Source: Candidatus Latescibacterota bacterium
Lineage (GTDB): Bacteria > Latescibacterota > UBA2968 > UBA8231
Assembly: GCA_965223905.1 (NCBI GenBank)
Contig: CBDCXV010000010.1
Location: 1,184,001 to 1,248,000 of the forward strand
Direction: 5' to 3'
Length of the DNA stretch: 64,000 bases
Made by a program: the position numbers and the translations under genes. The notes beneath the pieces were generated by a model. It worked only from the letters and a program-made list of their open reading frames with translations, did no database searches and was not told the DNA's origin. Of this stretch, positions 19,780-32,015 are shown piece after piece (position 1 is the first letter of the stretch; each line of letters begins with the position of its first letter).

Positions 19780-20769
19780 ATGCAGATGTTCTACGACGAT
19801 GACGCCAACCTCGAACTGCTCGCGGACAAAACCGTGGCGGTCATCGGCTACGGCAGCCAGGGGCACGCCCACGCCCTCAACCTCAAGGAGAGCGGCGTGA
19901 ATGTCGTCGTCGGACTGCGCGAGGGAAGCGCCCGCCGCGCCGAGGCGGAGAGAGACGGTCTCGCGGTCGCCACCGTACCCGAGGCGGCGAAGGCGGGAGA
20001 CATCATCATGATTCTGATCAACGACGAGATCCAAGGTGCGGTGTTCAAAGCCGATATCGAGCCCAACCTGGAAGAGGGAAACGCCGTGGCCTTCGCGCAC
20101 GGGTTCAACATCCACTTCAGGCAGGTGGTGCCGCCGGCCAACCTCGACGTCTTCATGGTGGCGCCGAAGGGCCCCGGCCACCTGGTGCGCCGGGTGTACG
20201 AAGAAGGGGGAGGGGTCCCGTGCCTGCTGGCGATCGGGCAGGACGCCACGGGACGCGCCCACGAAATCGGGCTCGCGTACGCCAAGGGTATCGGCGGCAC
20301 CCGGGGAGGCGTCATCACGACGACCTTCCGCGAAGAGACCGAGACCGACCTGTTCGGAGAGCAGGTGGTGCTGTGCGGCGGCCTGACCGAGTTGATCCGC
20401 GCCGGCTTCGAGACTCTCGTCGAGGCGGGCTACCAGCCCGAGGTCTGCTACTTCGAATGTCTGCACGAGGTGAAACTGATCGTCGACCTGATTTACGAGG
20501 GCGGCATCGCCAACATGCGCTCGTCGATCTCGGACACGGCCGAGTTCGGTGATCTCACCCGCGGCAGGCGAGTGGTGACGGGAGAGACGCGGCAGCGGAT
20601 GAAGAAGATCCTCGAAGAGGTGCAGAACGGGCAGTTCGCAAAAGAGTGGATGCTGGAAAACCAGGTGGGCAGGCCGGTATACAACGCCCGCAAACGCCAG
20701 GACGCGGAGCACCAGATCGAAGAGGTGGGGGCCCGTCTGCGCGGCATGATGAGTTGGCTGGAAGGGTAG
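19780..20769 (+). CDS. ilvC: Ketol-acid reductoisomerase
   Basis: [55 protein letters not shown]. Confidence 0.97.
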   Translation: MQMFYDDDANLELLADKTVAVIGYGSQGHAHALNLKESGVNVVVGLREGSARRAEAERDGLAVATVPEAAKAGDIIMILINDEIQGAVFKADIEPNLEEGNAVAFAHGFNIHFRQVVPPANLDVFMVAPKGPGHLVRRVYEEGGGVPCLLAIGQDATGRAHEIGLAYAKGIGGTRGGVITTTFREETETDLFGEQVVLCGGLTELIRAGFETLVEAGYQPEVCYFECLHEVKLIVDLIYEGGIANMRSSISDTAEFGDLTRGRRVVTGETRQRMKKILEEVQNGQFAKEWMLENQVGRPVYNARKRQDAEHQIEEVGARLRGMMSWLEG

Positions 20770-20820
20770 GGCTGCCCCTGTCCTGCAACCCTTCGAGTTT
20801 CACGGTGCCATCTGTCCACA

Positions 20821-20857
20821 TGCAACTGGCGGGTGCAGCAGCTACCCGCCAGTTGCA
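20821..20857. repeat. Perfect 14-bp inverted repeat between ilvC and leuA
   Basis: TGCAACTGGCGGGT-N9-ACCCGCCAGTTGCA, with no U-tract. Confidence 0.75.
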
Positions 20858-20875
20858 ACATGAAAGGGACGAGCC

Positions 20876-22420
<1,545 letters not shown>

Positions 22421-22435
22421 GGGCGAGACTGGGAA

Positions 22436-23848
22436 ATGTCGAGGAATCTGTTCGAGAAGGTCTGGGACATGCACGAGGTGCGGCGGCTCCCCTCGGGGCA
22501 ATCGCAGCTGTTCATCGGCCTCCACCTGATCCACGAGGTGACCAGCCCCCAGGCCTTCCAGATGCTGCGCGAGCGCGGCCTGAAGCTGCTGCATCCGGAG
22601 CGCACCTACGCCACCGTCGATCACATCATCCCGACGGACCAGCGCGGGCGCCCGTTTGCCGACGGGCTTGCGGAAGAGATGATGGCTGCGCTCGAGGAGA
22701 ACGCGAGAGAGTTCGCCGTGCCCCTGTTCGACATGAACGACCCGCGCCAGGGGATCGTGCACGTGATCGGCCCCGAGCTGGGGCTGACGCAGCCGGGGAT
22801 GACCATCGCCTGCGGCGACAGCCACACCTCGACCCACGGGGCCGTCGGGTCGATCGCCTTCGGCATAGGCACCAGCCAGGTGCGCGACGTCCTGGCGAGC
22901 CAGTGCCTGGCGATGGCGCGGCCGCGGGTGCGCCGCATCGAGGTCAACGGCCGGCTCGGAGATGGTGTGTACGCCAAGGACGTCATCCTCAACATCATCG
23001 GCGAACTGGGGGTGAAAGGCGGGGCGGGCTACGCCTACGAGTACGGCGGCGAGGTCTTCGACGCCATGTCGATGGAAGAGCGCATGACGGTATGCAACAT
23101 GTCGATCGAGGGGGGCGCCCGTTGCGGCTACGTCAACCCGGACCGGACGACGTTCGACTATGTCCGGGGGCGGCCGTACGCACCGCCGGAAAGCGCCTTC
23201 GACAAGGCCTCGGAATGGTGGCGTTCCCTGGCCTCCTCGCCCGGGGCGAGTTACGACGACCGCATCGAGATCGACGGCAGGGCCATTGCCCCGACAGTGA
23301 CCTGGGGAATCACGCCCGGCCAGTCGGCAGGTGTCGACGGTGCCATCCCGCGGCTGACCTCCTTTCCGGAATCCGACCGGGCGAGCGTGAGGGAAGCGCT
23401 GGACTTCATGGAGTTCGAGGAGGGGGACAGGATCGCCGGAACGGCCATCGACGTCGCCTTCATCGGTTCCTGTACCAACTCGCGAATCTCCGACCTGCGC
23501 GAGGCGGCGAAGGTCGCCAGGGGCCGCAAGGTCAAGGGAAACATCAAGGCGCTCGTGGTTCCCGGGTCCCGCGAGGTGCGCGAGGAGGCCCAGGCCGAGG
23601 GCCTGCACGAAATCTTTCGCGAGGCCGGCTTCGATTGGCGGGAGGCCGGCTGCTCGATGTGCCTGGCGATGAATCCCGACAAGCTGCAGGGGCGGCAGGT
23701 CTGCGCCTCGTCGAGCAACCGCAACTTCAAGGGCCGTCAAGGGAGCCCGACGGGGCGGACACTGCTGATGAGCCCGGCGATGGTCGCCGCGGCGGCGATC
23801 GAGGGCGCGGTGACCGACGTGCGCGCCATGCTCGGGCAGGGAGACTGA
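22436..23848 (+). CDS. leuC: 3-isopropylmalate dehydratase large subunit
   Basis: [45 protein letters not shown]. Confidence 0.97.
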   Translation: MSRNLFEKVWDMHEVRRLPSGQSQLFIGLHLIHEVTSPQAFQMLRERGLKLLHPERTYATVDHIIPTDQRGRPFADGLAEEMMAALEENAREFAVPLFDMNDPRQGIVHVIGPELGLTQPGMTIACGDSHTSTHGAVGSIAFGIGTSQVRDVLASQCLAMARPRVRRIEVNGRLGDGVYAKDVILNIIGELGVKGGAGYAYEYGGEVFDAMSMEERMTVCNMSIEGGARCGYVNPDRTTFDYVRGRPYAPPESAFDKASEWWRSLASSPGASYDDRIEIDGRAIAPTVTWGITPGQSAGVDGAIPRLTSFPESDRASVREALDFMEFEEGDRIAGTAIDVAFIGSCTNSRISDLREAAKVARGRKVKGNIKALVVPGSREVREEAQAEGLHEIFREAGFDWREAGCSMCLAMNPDKLQGRQVCASSSNRNFKGRQGSPTGRTLLMSPAMVAAAAIEGAVTDVRAMLGQGD

Positions 23849-23850
23849 GA

Positions 23851-24450
23851 ATGGGAACGGCAACCGATTCCCGCAGGGGAGCGATCAGGGGCAGGGTGGT
23901 GGTGGTGCGCGGCAACGATATCGACACCGACCGCATCATTCCGGCCCGTTACCTGCGCACGGTGACCTTCGACAACCTCGGGGAGCACGCCTTCGAGGAC
24001 GAGCGCCGTTCCCGCAAACACCCGTTCGACGAGGCCCGCTACCAGGGGGCCGGCATCCTGGTAGTCAACAAGAATTTCGGCTGCGGCTCTTCCCGGGAGC
24101 ACGCTCCCCAGGCGCTGGCGCGCTGGGGCATCCAGGGGTTCGTCGGCGAATCGTTCGCCGAGATCTTCTTCGGCAACTGCGTCGCCATGGGGCTTCCCTG
24201 CATGACCGCTTCCGAAGCGGACGTGGAGCGGCTGATGCAGGCGGTGGAGGAGGATCCGTCCCTGGAGCTGGAGATCGATGTCGAGGCGCAGACCGCGAGG
24301 TTCGCGTCCGAGTCGATCGCGGCGACCCTTCCCGGGGGGCCGCGCCAGCAGCTTGTGACGGGTACGTGGGATGCCCTCGGGCAGCTGCTGGAGGCGGTCG
24401 ACGAGATCGAGAGCACGGCCCGGAAGCTGCCGTACGTTACGGGATTCTGA
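23851..24450 (+). CDS. leuD: 3-isopropylmalate dehydratase small subunit
   Basis: DIDTDRIIPARYL, NFGCGSSREHAP, SFAEIFFGN. Confidence 0.95.
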   Translation: MGTATDSRRGAIRGRVVVVRGNDIDTDRIIPARYLRTVTFDNLGEHAFEDERRSRKHPFDEARYQGAGILVVNKNFGCGSSREHAPQALARWGIQGFVGESFAEIFFGNCVAMGLPCMTASEADVERLMQAVEEDPSLELEIDVEAQTARFASESIAATLPGGPRQQLVTGTWDALGQLLEAVDEIESTARKLPYVTGF

Positions 24451-24463
24451 GGCGGGGGGCGTC

Positions 24464-24703
24464 ATGGGGTACATCGAGATGAATGGGCGGAAGATCACCA
24501 ACCCGATCTCCCGGGTGCTGGTCGCAGCCGCATTCGCGCTGATTTTCGCCTTCGGTGCAGCGGCGGTCGTCAGCGCCGTCGTGATAGAGATCGGGATCGC
24601 ACTGACTGCGGCGGTGATCGCCACGGCCGTGATACTGGTGGTCGGCCCCGTGGTTGCGGGGCTGTTCTGGCTTTCAAACCGGATCGAAAGAAGAGGGAGG
24701 TGA
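24464..24703 (+). CDS. Small hydrophobic membrane protein (79 aa)
   Basis: MGYIEMNGRKITNPISR, then ~50 hydrophobic residues and a basic tail. Fills the leuD-leuB gap and stops 1 nt before the leuB ATG. Confidence 0.6.
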   Translation: MGYIEMNGRKITNPISRVLVAAAFALIFAFGAAAVVSAVVIEIGIALTAAVIATAVILVVGPVVAGLFWLSNRIERRGR

Positions 24704-24704
24704 G

Positions 24705-25775
24705 ATGTACAGGATTGCCGTTCTGCCGGGTGACGGGACCGGCCCCGAGGTAGTGGCCGAGGGCCTGAAGGCCCTCTCCACGGTGGCCGGGAAGGTGGGG
24801 TTTGCCTACGAGACCGTCGAGTTCGATTTCGGCGGCGACCGCTATCTCGCGACCGACGAGGTGCTTCCCGACTCGGCGGTCGACGAGCTGCGGCAGTTCG
24901 ACGCCATCTACCTCGGCGCCATCGGCCACCCCGAAGTTAGACCGGGCATACTGGAAAAGGGGATTCTGCTGCGGCTGCGGTTCGAGCTCGATCAGTACAT
25001 CAACCTGCGCCCGGTGAAGCTCTACCCGAATGTGCCGACCCCGCTGAAGGACAAGGGGCCGGAGGACATCGACTTCGTCGTGGTGCGCGAGAACACCGAG
25101 GGGATCTACACCGGAGCCGGCGGCTTCCTCAAGAAGGGCACGCCGGACGAGATCGCGGTGCAGGAATCGATCAACACCCGCAAGGGGGTCGAGCGCTGCC
25201 TGCGCTACGCCTTCGAGTTCACGCGGCGGCGCGCCAGGGAGAATACGCTGACCCTGTGCGGCAAGACGAACGTGCTGACCTTCGCCTTCGATCTCTGGGA
25301 GCGCGCCTTTCACGAGGTGGGTGAGAGCGATTTTCCGCAGATCCGGCGGGACTACGCCCACGTCGACGCCATCTGCATGTGGATGGTCAAGAACCCGGAG
25401 TGGTTCGACGTGATCGTCACCGACAACATCTTCGGCGACATCATCACCGACCTCGGCGCGATGATCCAGGGAGGCATGGGGATCGCCGCGGGCGGCAACA
25501 TCAACCCGGAGGGGGTGTCGATGTTCGAGCCGATCGGCGGATCGGCCCCCAAGTACACGGGGAAGAATGTGATCAACCCGATGGCGGCGATCGCCGCCTG
25601 CCAGCTGATGATCGCCACTCTCGGGGAGCAGGAGGGGGCGGAGCTCCTCGAGGAGGCCATCGTCTCGACCCTGCAGCAGCTGAAGGGGATGGGGGCGGGC
25701 GAGATGGGGTACTCGACCTCGGAGGTCGGCGACCTCGTGGCGCAGGCGGTGGCAGACGGGCCCGCGGGAGGGTGA
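24705..25775 (+). CDS. leuB: 3-isopropylmalate dehydrogenase
   Basis: LPGDGTGPEV, NLRP, RENTEG, DNIFGDIITD, EPIGGSAP; located in the leu operon. Confidence 0.9.
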   Translation: MYRIAVLPGDGTGPEVVAEGLKALSTVAGKVGFAYETVEFDFGGDRYLATDEVLPDSAVDELRQFDAIYLGAIGHPEVRPGILEKGILLRLRFELDQYINLRPVKLYPNVPTPLKDKGPEDIDFVVVRENTEGIYTGAGGFLKKGTPDEIAVQESINTRKGVERCLRYAFEFTRRRARENTLTLCGKTNVLTFAFDLWERAFHEVGESDFPQIRRDYAHVDAICMWMVKNPEWFDVIVTDNIFGDIITDLGAMIQGGMGIAAGGNINPEGVSMFEPIGGSAPKYTGKNVINPMAAIAACQLMIATLGEQEGAELLEEAIVSTLQQLKGMGAGEMGYSTSEVGDLVAQAVADGPAGG

Positions 25776-25779
25776 GGAA

Positions 25780-27387
25780 ATGAACGATACTCTGGAAGTC
25801 TACGATGCCACGCTGCGGGACGGGGCCCAGGCCGAGGGGATTGCCTACTCGCTCGAGGACAAGCTGCTGATCGCCCGCCGCCTCGACCGCCTCGGTGTCC
25901 ACTATATCGAAGGGGGCTGGCCGAACCCGACCAACCCGAAGGACCTGGCGTTTTTCCGCGAGGTGAAGAAGCTCGATCTCCAGGCTCGCGTAACCGCCTT
26001 CGGCAGCACGCGCCGGGCAGGGGTGCCGGCGGAAGAGGACGCTACTCTGAACACGCTGCTGCTGGCGGAGACCGGCACCGTCTGCATCTTCGGCAAGAGC
26101 TGGATTCTGCACGTGACGGAGGCGCTCAAGACGACGCCCCAGGAGAATCTGGAGCTGATCGAGGACTCGGTGGGGTATCTCGCCGCCCACGGCCGCGAGG
26201 TGATCTACGACGCCGAACATTACTTCGACGGCTACTGCGAGGCCCCTGACTACGCCGTCGAAACCTTGCGCGCCGCGGCCCGCGGTGGTGCCCGCCTGCT
26301 GGTCCTGTGCGACACCAACGGCGGCCGGCTGCCGAGCGAGGTCAGCCGCATCTTCGCGGCGACCCGCGAGGCCGTTTCCCTTCCCCTGGGCATCCACACC
26401 CACAACGACTCCGGCATGGCCGAGGCAAACACCGTGGCCGCCGCGGAGCTGGGGGCCGTCCAGGTGCAGGGTACCTTCAACGGCTACGGGGAACGGTGCG
26501 GCAACGCCAACCTGTGCACCGTGATCCCGACCCTGGAGCTCAAGCTCGGCGTGCACCTCATCGGGAAGGAGAACCTCGCCGAGTTGATGGACTTCTCACG
26601 CTTTCTCAGCGAGATCGCCAACGTCCATCACGATCACCGCCAGCCGTACGTCGGGGAGAGCGCTTTTGCCCACAAGGGGGGGGTGCACATCGACGCGATG
26701 ACGAAGAACCCGCGCTGCTACGAGCACATCGACCCGCGAGCGACGGGGAACGAGCGCCGCTTCCTGGTCTCGGACCAGTCGGGCGGCAGTACGGTGGTTT
26801 CCAAGCTCAACAGGTTCTTCCCCGGGCTCAGCAAGAAGGATCCGATAGTCCAGAAGGTGTTGGGGGAAGTGAAGCGGCTCGAGCACGACGGCTACCAGTT
26901 CGAGGCCGCGGAGGGCTCGTTCGAGCTGTTGGCGCGGCGGACGATGGGACTCTACGAGGATCTGTTCCGGCCCCTGAGTTTCCGCACCATCAGCCGCAAG
27001 GACGACGGCAGCGCCGAGGTGGCAGAAGCGATCGTCAAGGTCGAGGTGAACGGGGAGAAGGTGCACACCGTGGCCGAAGGGGAGGGCCCGGTCAACGCCC
27101 TGGACCGCGCCCTGCGCAAGGCCCTCGAGGGGGCCTGGCCGAGCCTGAGACACGTCCATCTCGCAGACTACAAGGTGCGCGTCCTCGGCAGCAGCGACGG
27201 CACCGCGGCGCGGGTGCGGGTGCTGATCGAGTCCTCCGACGGCCGCGAAGTCTGGGGCACCGTCGGGGTGTCGGAAAACATCATCGAAGCGAGCTGGATC
27301 GCCCTGAACGACTCCCTCCATTTCAAGCTGATGCGGGACTCCCTGGCCGAGGCCGGGCTGTCTGCCGGCAACACCGGGACGGACTGA
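25780..27387 (+). CDS. cimA: Citramalate synthase
   Basis: DATLRDGAQAEG, EGGWP, FGKSW, DAEHYFDG, LCDTNGG, HTHND, AFAHKGGVH, GYQFEAAEGSFEL. Confidence 0.92.
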   Translation: MNDTLEVYDATLRDGAQAEGIAYSLEDKLLIARRLDRLGVHYIEGGWPNPTNPKDLAFFREVKKLDLQARVTAFGSTRRAGVPAEEDATLNTLLLAETGTVCIFGKSWILHVTEALKTTPQENLELIEDSVGYLAAHGREVIYDAEHYFDGYCEAPDYAVETLRAAARGGARLLVLCDTNGGRLPSEVSRIFAATREAVSLPLGIHTHNDSGMAEANTVAAAELGAVQVQGTFNGYGERCGNANLCTVIPTLELKLGVHLIGKENLAELMDFSRFLSEIANVHHDHRQPYVGESAFAHKGGVHIDAMTKNPRCYEHIDPRATGNERRFLVSDQSGGSTVVSKLNRFFPGLSKKDPIVQKVLGEVKRLEHDGYQFEAAEGSFELLARRTMGLYEDLFRPLSFRTISRKDDGSAEVAEAIVKVEVNGEKVHTVAEGEGPVNALDRALRKALEGAWPSLRHVHLADYKVRVLGSSDGTAARVRVLIESSDGREVWGTVGVSENIIEASWIALNDSLHFKLMRDSLAEAGLSAGNTGTD

Positions 27388-27390
27388 GCG

Positions 27391-28590
27391 GTGAGAAACC
27401 TCGAAGGCGGAGGGGTCGCTTCTCCCCAGGGCTTCCTCGCGGCGGGGATCAGTACGGGCGTCAAGGAGTCGGGGGGGAGGGACCTGGCCCTGGTGTACTC
27501 GACGCGCCCGGCGAATGCCGCCGCGGTGTACACCACCAACAAGGTCCAGGGAGCGCCGATCGCCGTCGACCGCGAGCACCTCGCCGACGGCAGGGCGCGG
27601 GCCGTCATCCTCAACAGCGGCAACGCCAATGTCTGCAACGGCGATGCCGGTCTCGACCACGCCCGGCGGATGTGCTCCCTTGCGGCATCGGAGCTCGGAC
27701 TGGGCGCGGAGGAGGTGCTGGTCTGCTCCACCGGCGTTATCGGGGTGCCGCTGCCGATCGGCAAGATCGAAGCGGGCATACCGCGGATCGTCGCGGCGTT
27801 GTCAGATGAAGGCGGGGCAGAGGCCGCCGAGGCGGTCATGACCACGGACACCGTGCCGAAGAGCTGCGCCGTCGAGGTCGAGCTGGCGTCGGGCGCTGCC
27901 GTCGTCGGGGCGATGGCCAAAGGGGCGGCGATGATCGCCCCAAACATGGCGACGATGCTGTCGGTGGTGACCACGGACGCCGCGGTGCAGGGGGGACAAC
28001 TGCAGGAGCTGCTGTCGCAGGCGATCCGGCGCACCTTCAACTGCATCACCGTCGACGGCGACATGAGCACGAGCGACACGGTGATCCTGATGGCCAACGG
28101 CGGCGCTTCTCCGGAGGAGCTGGGTGCGCGCGATGGCGAGCGCCTCTACGAGGGGATCGAGCATGTCTGCCGGCAGATGGCCCAGGAGATCGCCCGCGAC
28201 GCCGAGGGATCTTCCAAGCTGATCGCCATATCGGTGCGCGGCGCCTCCACCGAAGCGGAGGCGAGACAGGTCGGCCTCGCGGTCGCCAACTCGAGCCTGG
28301 TGAAGACCGCGGCCTTCGGCAACGATCCCAACTGGGGGCGGATCCTGTGCGCCATGGGGTACGCCGGCGTCGACTTCGACCCCGGAAAGGCGCGCGTGTC
28401 GCTGTGCGGAACCGACATTTACGGAAACGGAGCCGGACTTTCTTACAACGAGGGGGAGCTGAGCGCCGCCATGCAGGCGGATGAGATCGCCATCGCCATC
28501 GACCTGGCCATGGGCGGGGCGGCAACCGAGATATTCACCTGCGACCTCACCTACGAGTACGTGCGTCTGAACGCGGAGTACACCACCTGA
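27391..28590 (+). CDS. argJ: Ornithine acetyltransferase / N-acetylglutamate synthase
   Basis: NSGNAN, STGVIG, MTTDT, AKGAAMIAPNMATML, DPNWGR, C-terminal NAEYTT. Confidence 0.95.
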   Translation: MRNLEGGGVASPQGFLAAGISTGVKESGGRDLALVYSTRPANAAAVYTTNKVQGAPIAVDREHLADGRARAVILNSGNANVCNGDAGLDHARRMCSLAASELGLGAEEVLVCSTGVIGVPLPIGKIEAGIPRIVAALSDEGGAEAAEAVMTTDTVPKSCAVEVELASGAAVVGAMAKGAAMIAPNMATMLSVVTTDAAVQGGQLQELLSQAIRRTFNCITVDGDMSTSDTVILMANGGASPEELGARDGERLYEGIEHVCRQMAQEIARDAEGSSKLIAISVRGASTEAEARQVGLAVANSSLVKTAAFGNDPNWGRILCAMGYAGVDFDPGKARVSLCGTDIYGNGAGLSYNEGELSAAMQADEIAIAIDLAMGGAATEIFTCDLTYEYVRLNAEYTT

Positions 28591-29801
28591 TGCCGCTTTC
28601 GCAGTTCATCGAGCAGGTGCAGCCCTCGGCGACGATGGCGATCTCGGCGAGGGCCGCGGCGATGAAACGGGAGGGGATCGACGTTATCCCCCTGTCGGCG
28701 GGCGAGCCGGATTTCGACACTCCCGAGCACATCAAGGCCGCGGGCATCCGCGCCATCGAAGAGGGGTTCACGAAATACACCTCGCCGCCGTCCGGCATCG
28801 CCGAGCTCAAGGAGGCGGTGTGCCGGAAATTCAGGGAGGACAACGGCCTCGACTACTCCACCGACCAGGTGATCGTCAACTGCGGCGCCAAGCACTCCCT
28901 CTACCTCGCCGTCGCCGCGGTCCTCAATCCCGGGGACGAGATGATCGTGCCGACGCCCTACTGGGTCACCTTTACCGAGCAGCCCAAGCTGGTCGGGGCC
29001 GGGTCGGTGGTGGTGCGAACCAGGCGGGAAGACGGCCTCAAGCTGACTCCGGAGGCCCTGCGGGCGGCGATCACCCGGAGGACGCGGATGCTGCTGCTCA
29101 ACAGTCCGTCGAATCCGAGCGGCAGCGTATACACCCGGGATGAGCTCGAGCAGCTGGCCGCGGTCGCCGTCGAGCACGGCATCTACGTGCTCAGCGACGA
29201 GATCTACGAGAAGCTGGTTTACGACGGCGCCGAGCACGTATCGATCGCCTCGCTGGGCCAGGAGATCAAGAGACTCGCCATCGTCGTCAACGGGGCCTCG
29301 AAGGCGTACGCGATGACGGGGTGGCGGATAGGGTACGCCGCGGCCGAAGCCGAGGTGGTCGCGGCGATGGACAAGGCCCAGAGCCAGACGGTATCGCACC
29401 CGACTTCGATGTCGCAGAAAGCGGCCCTCGAGGCGCTGACGGGACCCCAGGATATGGTCGAGACGATGCGCCTCGAGTACGACGGACGCCGGCGCTACAT
29501 CACCGCTCGTCTCAACGGCCTGGAAGGGGTGGAATGCCCCTTGCCGCTGGGGGCATTCTACGTCTATCCCGATATGTCGAACTATTTCGGTTCGCGGTTC
29601 GAAGGTCTCGAAGGATCGCGGGAGATCGAAGACTGCACCGGCCTGTGCGAATACCTGCTCGAAGTCGGAAAAGTCGCCTGCGTTCCCGGAGTCGGCTTCG
29701 GGACCGCAGAGCATATCCGGCTATCCTACGCCACGTCGATGGAAAAGATCGCGACGGCGATGGACCGAATCGAAGCGGCCCTCTCCCTCCTGCGCAGGTA
29801 G
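28590..29801 (+). CDS. Class I PLP-dependent (aspartate-type) aminotransferase
   Basis: GEPDFDTP, NSPSNPSG, SDEIYE, SKAYAMTGWRIGY, GAFY, RLSYATS. Confidence 0.9.
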   Translation: MPLSQFIEQVQPSATMAISARAAAMKREGIDVIPLSAGEPDFDTPEHIKAAGIRAIEEGFTKYTSPPSGIAELKEAVCRKFREDNGLDYSTDQVIVNCGAKHSLYLAVAAVLNPGDEMIVPTPYWVTFTEQPKLVGAGSVVVRTRREDGLKLTPEALRAAITRRTRMLLLNSPSNPSGSVYTRDELEQLAAVAVEHGIYVLSDEIYEKLVYDGAEHVSIASLGQEIKRLAIVVNGASKAYAMTGWRIGYAAAEAEVVAAMDKAQSQTVSHPTSMSQKAALEALTGPQDMVETMRLEYDGRRRYITARLNGLEGVECPLPLGAFYVYPDMSNYFGSRFEGLEGSREIEDCTGLCEYLLEVGKVACVPGVGFGTAEHIRLSYATSMEKIATAMDRIEAALSLLRR

Positions 29802-29873
29802 GTCCGACTCGAAAACCGAACACTCCCGCGGTCCCCGGTGTCCATATTACAGATACCCGGGAGCCATGATCCG

Positions 29874-30842
29874 ATGAACAGCGACAGATCCTTCTATCTG
29901 GATTTCGAACGGCCGGTCGCAGAGCTGGAAAAACGGCTCGAGGAGATGCAGGTGCAGGCCCGGACCGACGGGCTCGATCTCGACCGCGAGCTGAAAACCC
30001 TCGAGCGCCAGATCGAGAGGCTCCGCCGCCAGACCTACACCAACCTGACGCGCTGGCAGCGGGTGCAGATGAGCCGCCACCCGCAGCGGCCCTACGCCCT
30101 GGACTACATCGAACGGATGCTCGAAGACTTCGTCGAGCTTCACGGAGACCGGTGTTTCGCCGACGATCCGGCCATCGTGGGCGGACCGGCGCGGCTCGAC
30201 GGCGAAGCGGTCGTGGTGATCGGCATCCAGAACGGACGCAACGTCGAGGAGCGCAAGTTCCGCAACTTCGGGATGCCCCATCCCGAGGGCTACCGGAAAG
30301 CCCTCAGGCTGATGCAGATGGCGGCCAAGTTCAAGCGCCCGATCCTGACCCTGGTCGACACCTCGGGAGCCTACCCGGGGATCGAGGCCGAGGAGCGCGG
30401 CCAGGCCGAGGCGATCGCCCGCAACCTGTTCGAGATGTCCCACCTGGAGGTACCGATCGTCGTCGCCATCATCGGACAGGCCTTCAGCGGGGGAGCCATA
30501 GGGATCACCGTGGGGGACCGCATACTGATGCTCGAGCACGCCTGTTATTCGGTCATCGTGCCGGAGAGCTGCTCGACGATTCTATTCCGCACCCGCGACC
30601 GCAAGGAGGAGGCGGCCGAGGCCCTGAAGCTGTCGGCGGGGGATCTGCTCGAGTACGGCATTGTCGACCGCATCATCCCCGAGCCTTTTGGCGGCGCCCA
30701 CCGGGACTACGACGCGGCCGCGGCCAATCTCAAGAAGCAGGTTGTGGAGGCGCTGGAGGAACTGCGCGGCCTGACGGGTGAGGAGCTGGTGAACAGCCGG
30801 GTCGACAAGTTCGGAGCGATGGGTGAGTTCGTCAGCGCCTGA
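29874..30842 (+). CDS. accA: Acetyl-CoA carboxylase carboxyltransferase alpha subunit
   Basis: [56 protein letters not shown]. Confidence 0.95.
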   Translation: MNSDRSFYLDFERPVAELEKRLEEMQVQARTDGLDLDRELKTLERQIERLRRQTYTNLTRWQRVQMSRHPQRPYALDYIERMLEDFVELHGDRCFADDPAIVGGPARLDGEAVVVIGIQNGRNVEERKFRNFGMPHPEGYRKALRLMQMAAKFKRPILTLVDTSGAYPGIEAEERGQAEAIARNLFEMSHLEVPIVVAIIGQAFSGGAIGITVGDRILMLEHACYSVIVPESCSTILFRTRDRKEEAAEALKLSAGDLLEYGIVDRIIPEPFGGAHRDYDAAAANLKKQVVEALEELRGLTGEELVNSRVDKFGAMGEFVSA

Positions 30843-31008
30843 CAGCGCAACTGGGCAGTATCAGTACGTCGGCGCTTCGAATCGCAGTTCGTCCTGCGGC
30901 CGAACTGCCAGCCGGTCTATCGTGGACAGCGCCTGACAGCGCAACCTGACAACATCAGTAACGTCGGCGCTTCGAATGGCAGATCGCCCTGCGGCCGAAC
31001 TGCCGGCC
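30833..31008 (+). repeat. Degenerate tandem direct repeat (period 94 bp, two copies) with internal palindromes
   Basis: CAGCGCCTGACAGCGCAA..ACGTCGGCGCTTCGAAT..CTGCGGCCGAACTGCC starts at both 30833 and 30927. Confidence 0.85.
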
Positions 31009-31060
31009 CGCAACTCTGATCGGGAAGGCCGGTTCTCTCAGCCAACCGAAACTCGAAATG

Positions 31061-31097
31061 AAAAAGGCCCCCACCGGTCCGGTGAGGGCCTTTTTTT
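31061..31097. terminator. Bidirectional intrinsic terminator
   Basis: AAAAAGGCCC-CCACCGGTCCGGTG-AGGGCCTTTTTTT between convergent genes. Confidence 0.85.
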
Positions 31098-31128
31098 GGG
31101 GATTCTCGCCGCCAATCGCCGTTGGCCG

Positions 31129-31959
31129 TCAGCCCTTTCGTATGCGGTCGAACAGGCGCTCGAGTCGGTCGAAGGCGAGCTTGATCATGTCGTCGTCCCA
31201 GTCCCCGTCGATGTTGACCTTCAGCACCGATTTGAGGGTGTCCAGATAGGCGCGTTGCGCTTCGCTCAGGGTGCGCGAACCGGTGGTCGACCCGCCGCTG
31301 CCGGAAGAATCCTGGCCGCGGGGCTGCTGCGGAGATCTGGAACTCGATCCGCGATCCCTTTCCCGCTCCCCGCGCTCCCGCTCCGCTCGTGGAGGTGCCG
31401 GCGCCGGGGGAGCGGCCGGTGCCGGGCTGCCGTTGCCGCCCTCGGCTTCCCCCGTCCCTGCGTCGGGATCGGTGCAGCTTATCAGGTACTTGAAGAACAT
31501 CTTCATCCTGTTGGCCGAATCGTTCCCCATCCCCGTCTCCTTGCGGAAGAAGGAGACGATGTCGCGGTCGGCCATCTCCCCGTTCGCCCGGTATTCCTTG
31601 AGCAGCTCGGGGTAGAGGTCCTCGAGGATTTCGTCGACGGCGCCGGCGCGGGTGTCCTGGCTCACCAGCTTCTGCAGGCGATCGGTCGGCTTCTGGTCGC
31701 TGTCGATGAGTTTCATCATCCTGATTCCGCGCAGGAAGCGGTGGATCATCGAAGGCGTCCGGATAATGGCTCGAACGTAGTCGCGGTCGATTTCCTCCGG
31801 GATCCGGCTCTGAAGTCTGGCCAGGAATTTCTCGAACTGGGCCTTGGTTATGTAGGGATACCAGGTCCGGGAGTCGTTTCTGCCTTCCGAGGTATCCGCG
31901 ACCGCTTCTTCGGCCGCGTCCTGTTCCCTCTCCTCTGAATCGATGTTGCGGTTTTCCAT
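31129..31959 (-). CDS. Hypothetical protein, DUF5343-like N-terminal domain
   Basis: YPYIT..F..FL..L..RIPEEIDRDY..KLIDSDQKPTDRLQKLV, then a Pro/Gly/Ser linker and a short helical C-terminal domain. Family recalled from motif, not searched. Confidence 0.6.
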   Translation of the reverse strand: MENRNIDSEEREQDAAEEAVADTSEGRNDSRTWYPYITKAQFEKFLARLQSRIPEEIDRDYVRAIIRTPSMIHRFLRGIRMMKLIDSDQKPTDRLQKLVSQDTRAGAVDEILEDLYPELLKEYRANGEMADRDIVSFFRKETGMGNDSANRMKMFFKYLISCTDPDAGTGEAEGGNGSPAPAAPPAPAPPRAERERGERERDRGSSSRSPQQPRGQDSSGSGGSTTGSRTLSEAQRAYLDTLKSVLKVNIDGDWDDDMIKLAFDRLERLFDRIRKG

Positions 31960-32015
31960 GCGGCGGTTCTCCAAGTTGTGGGATTATTCCGTCATGCCGG
32001 CTAGGCAAATGACCA

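Noticed and set aside
30833-31008. Possible CRISPR array or tRNA
   Set aside because: There are only two long degenerate units with no unique spacers and no cas genes. The TTCGAAT motif lacks a cloverleaf context.
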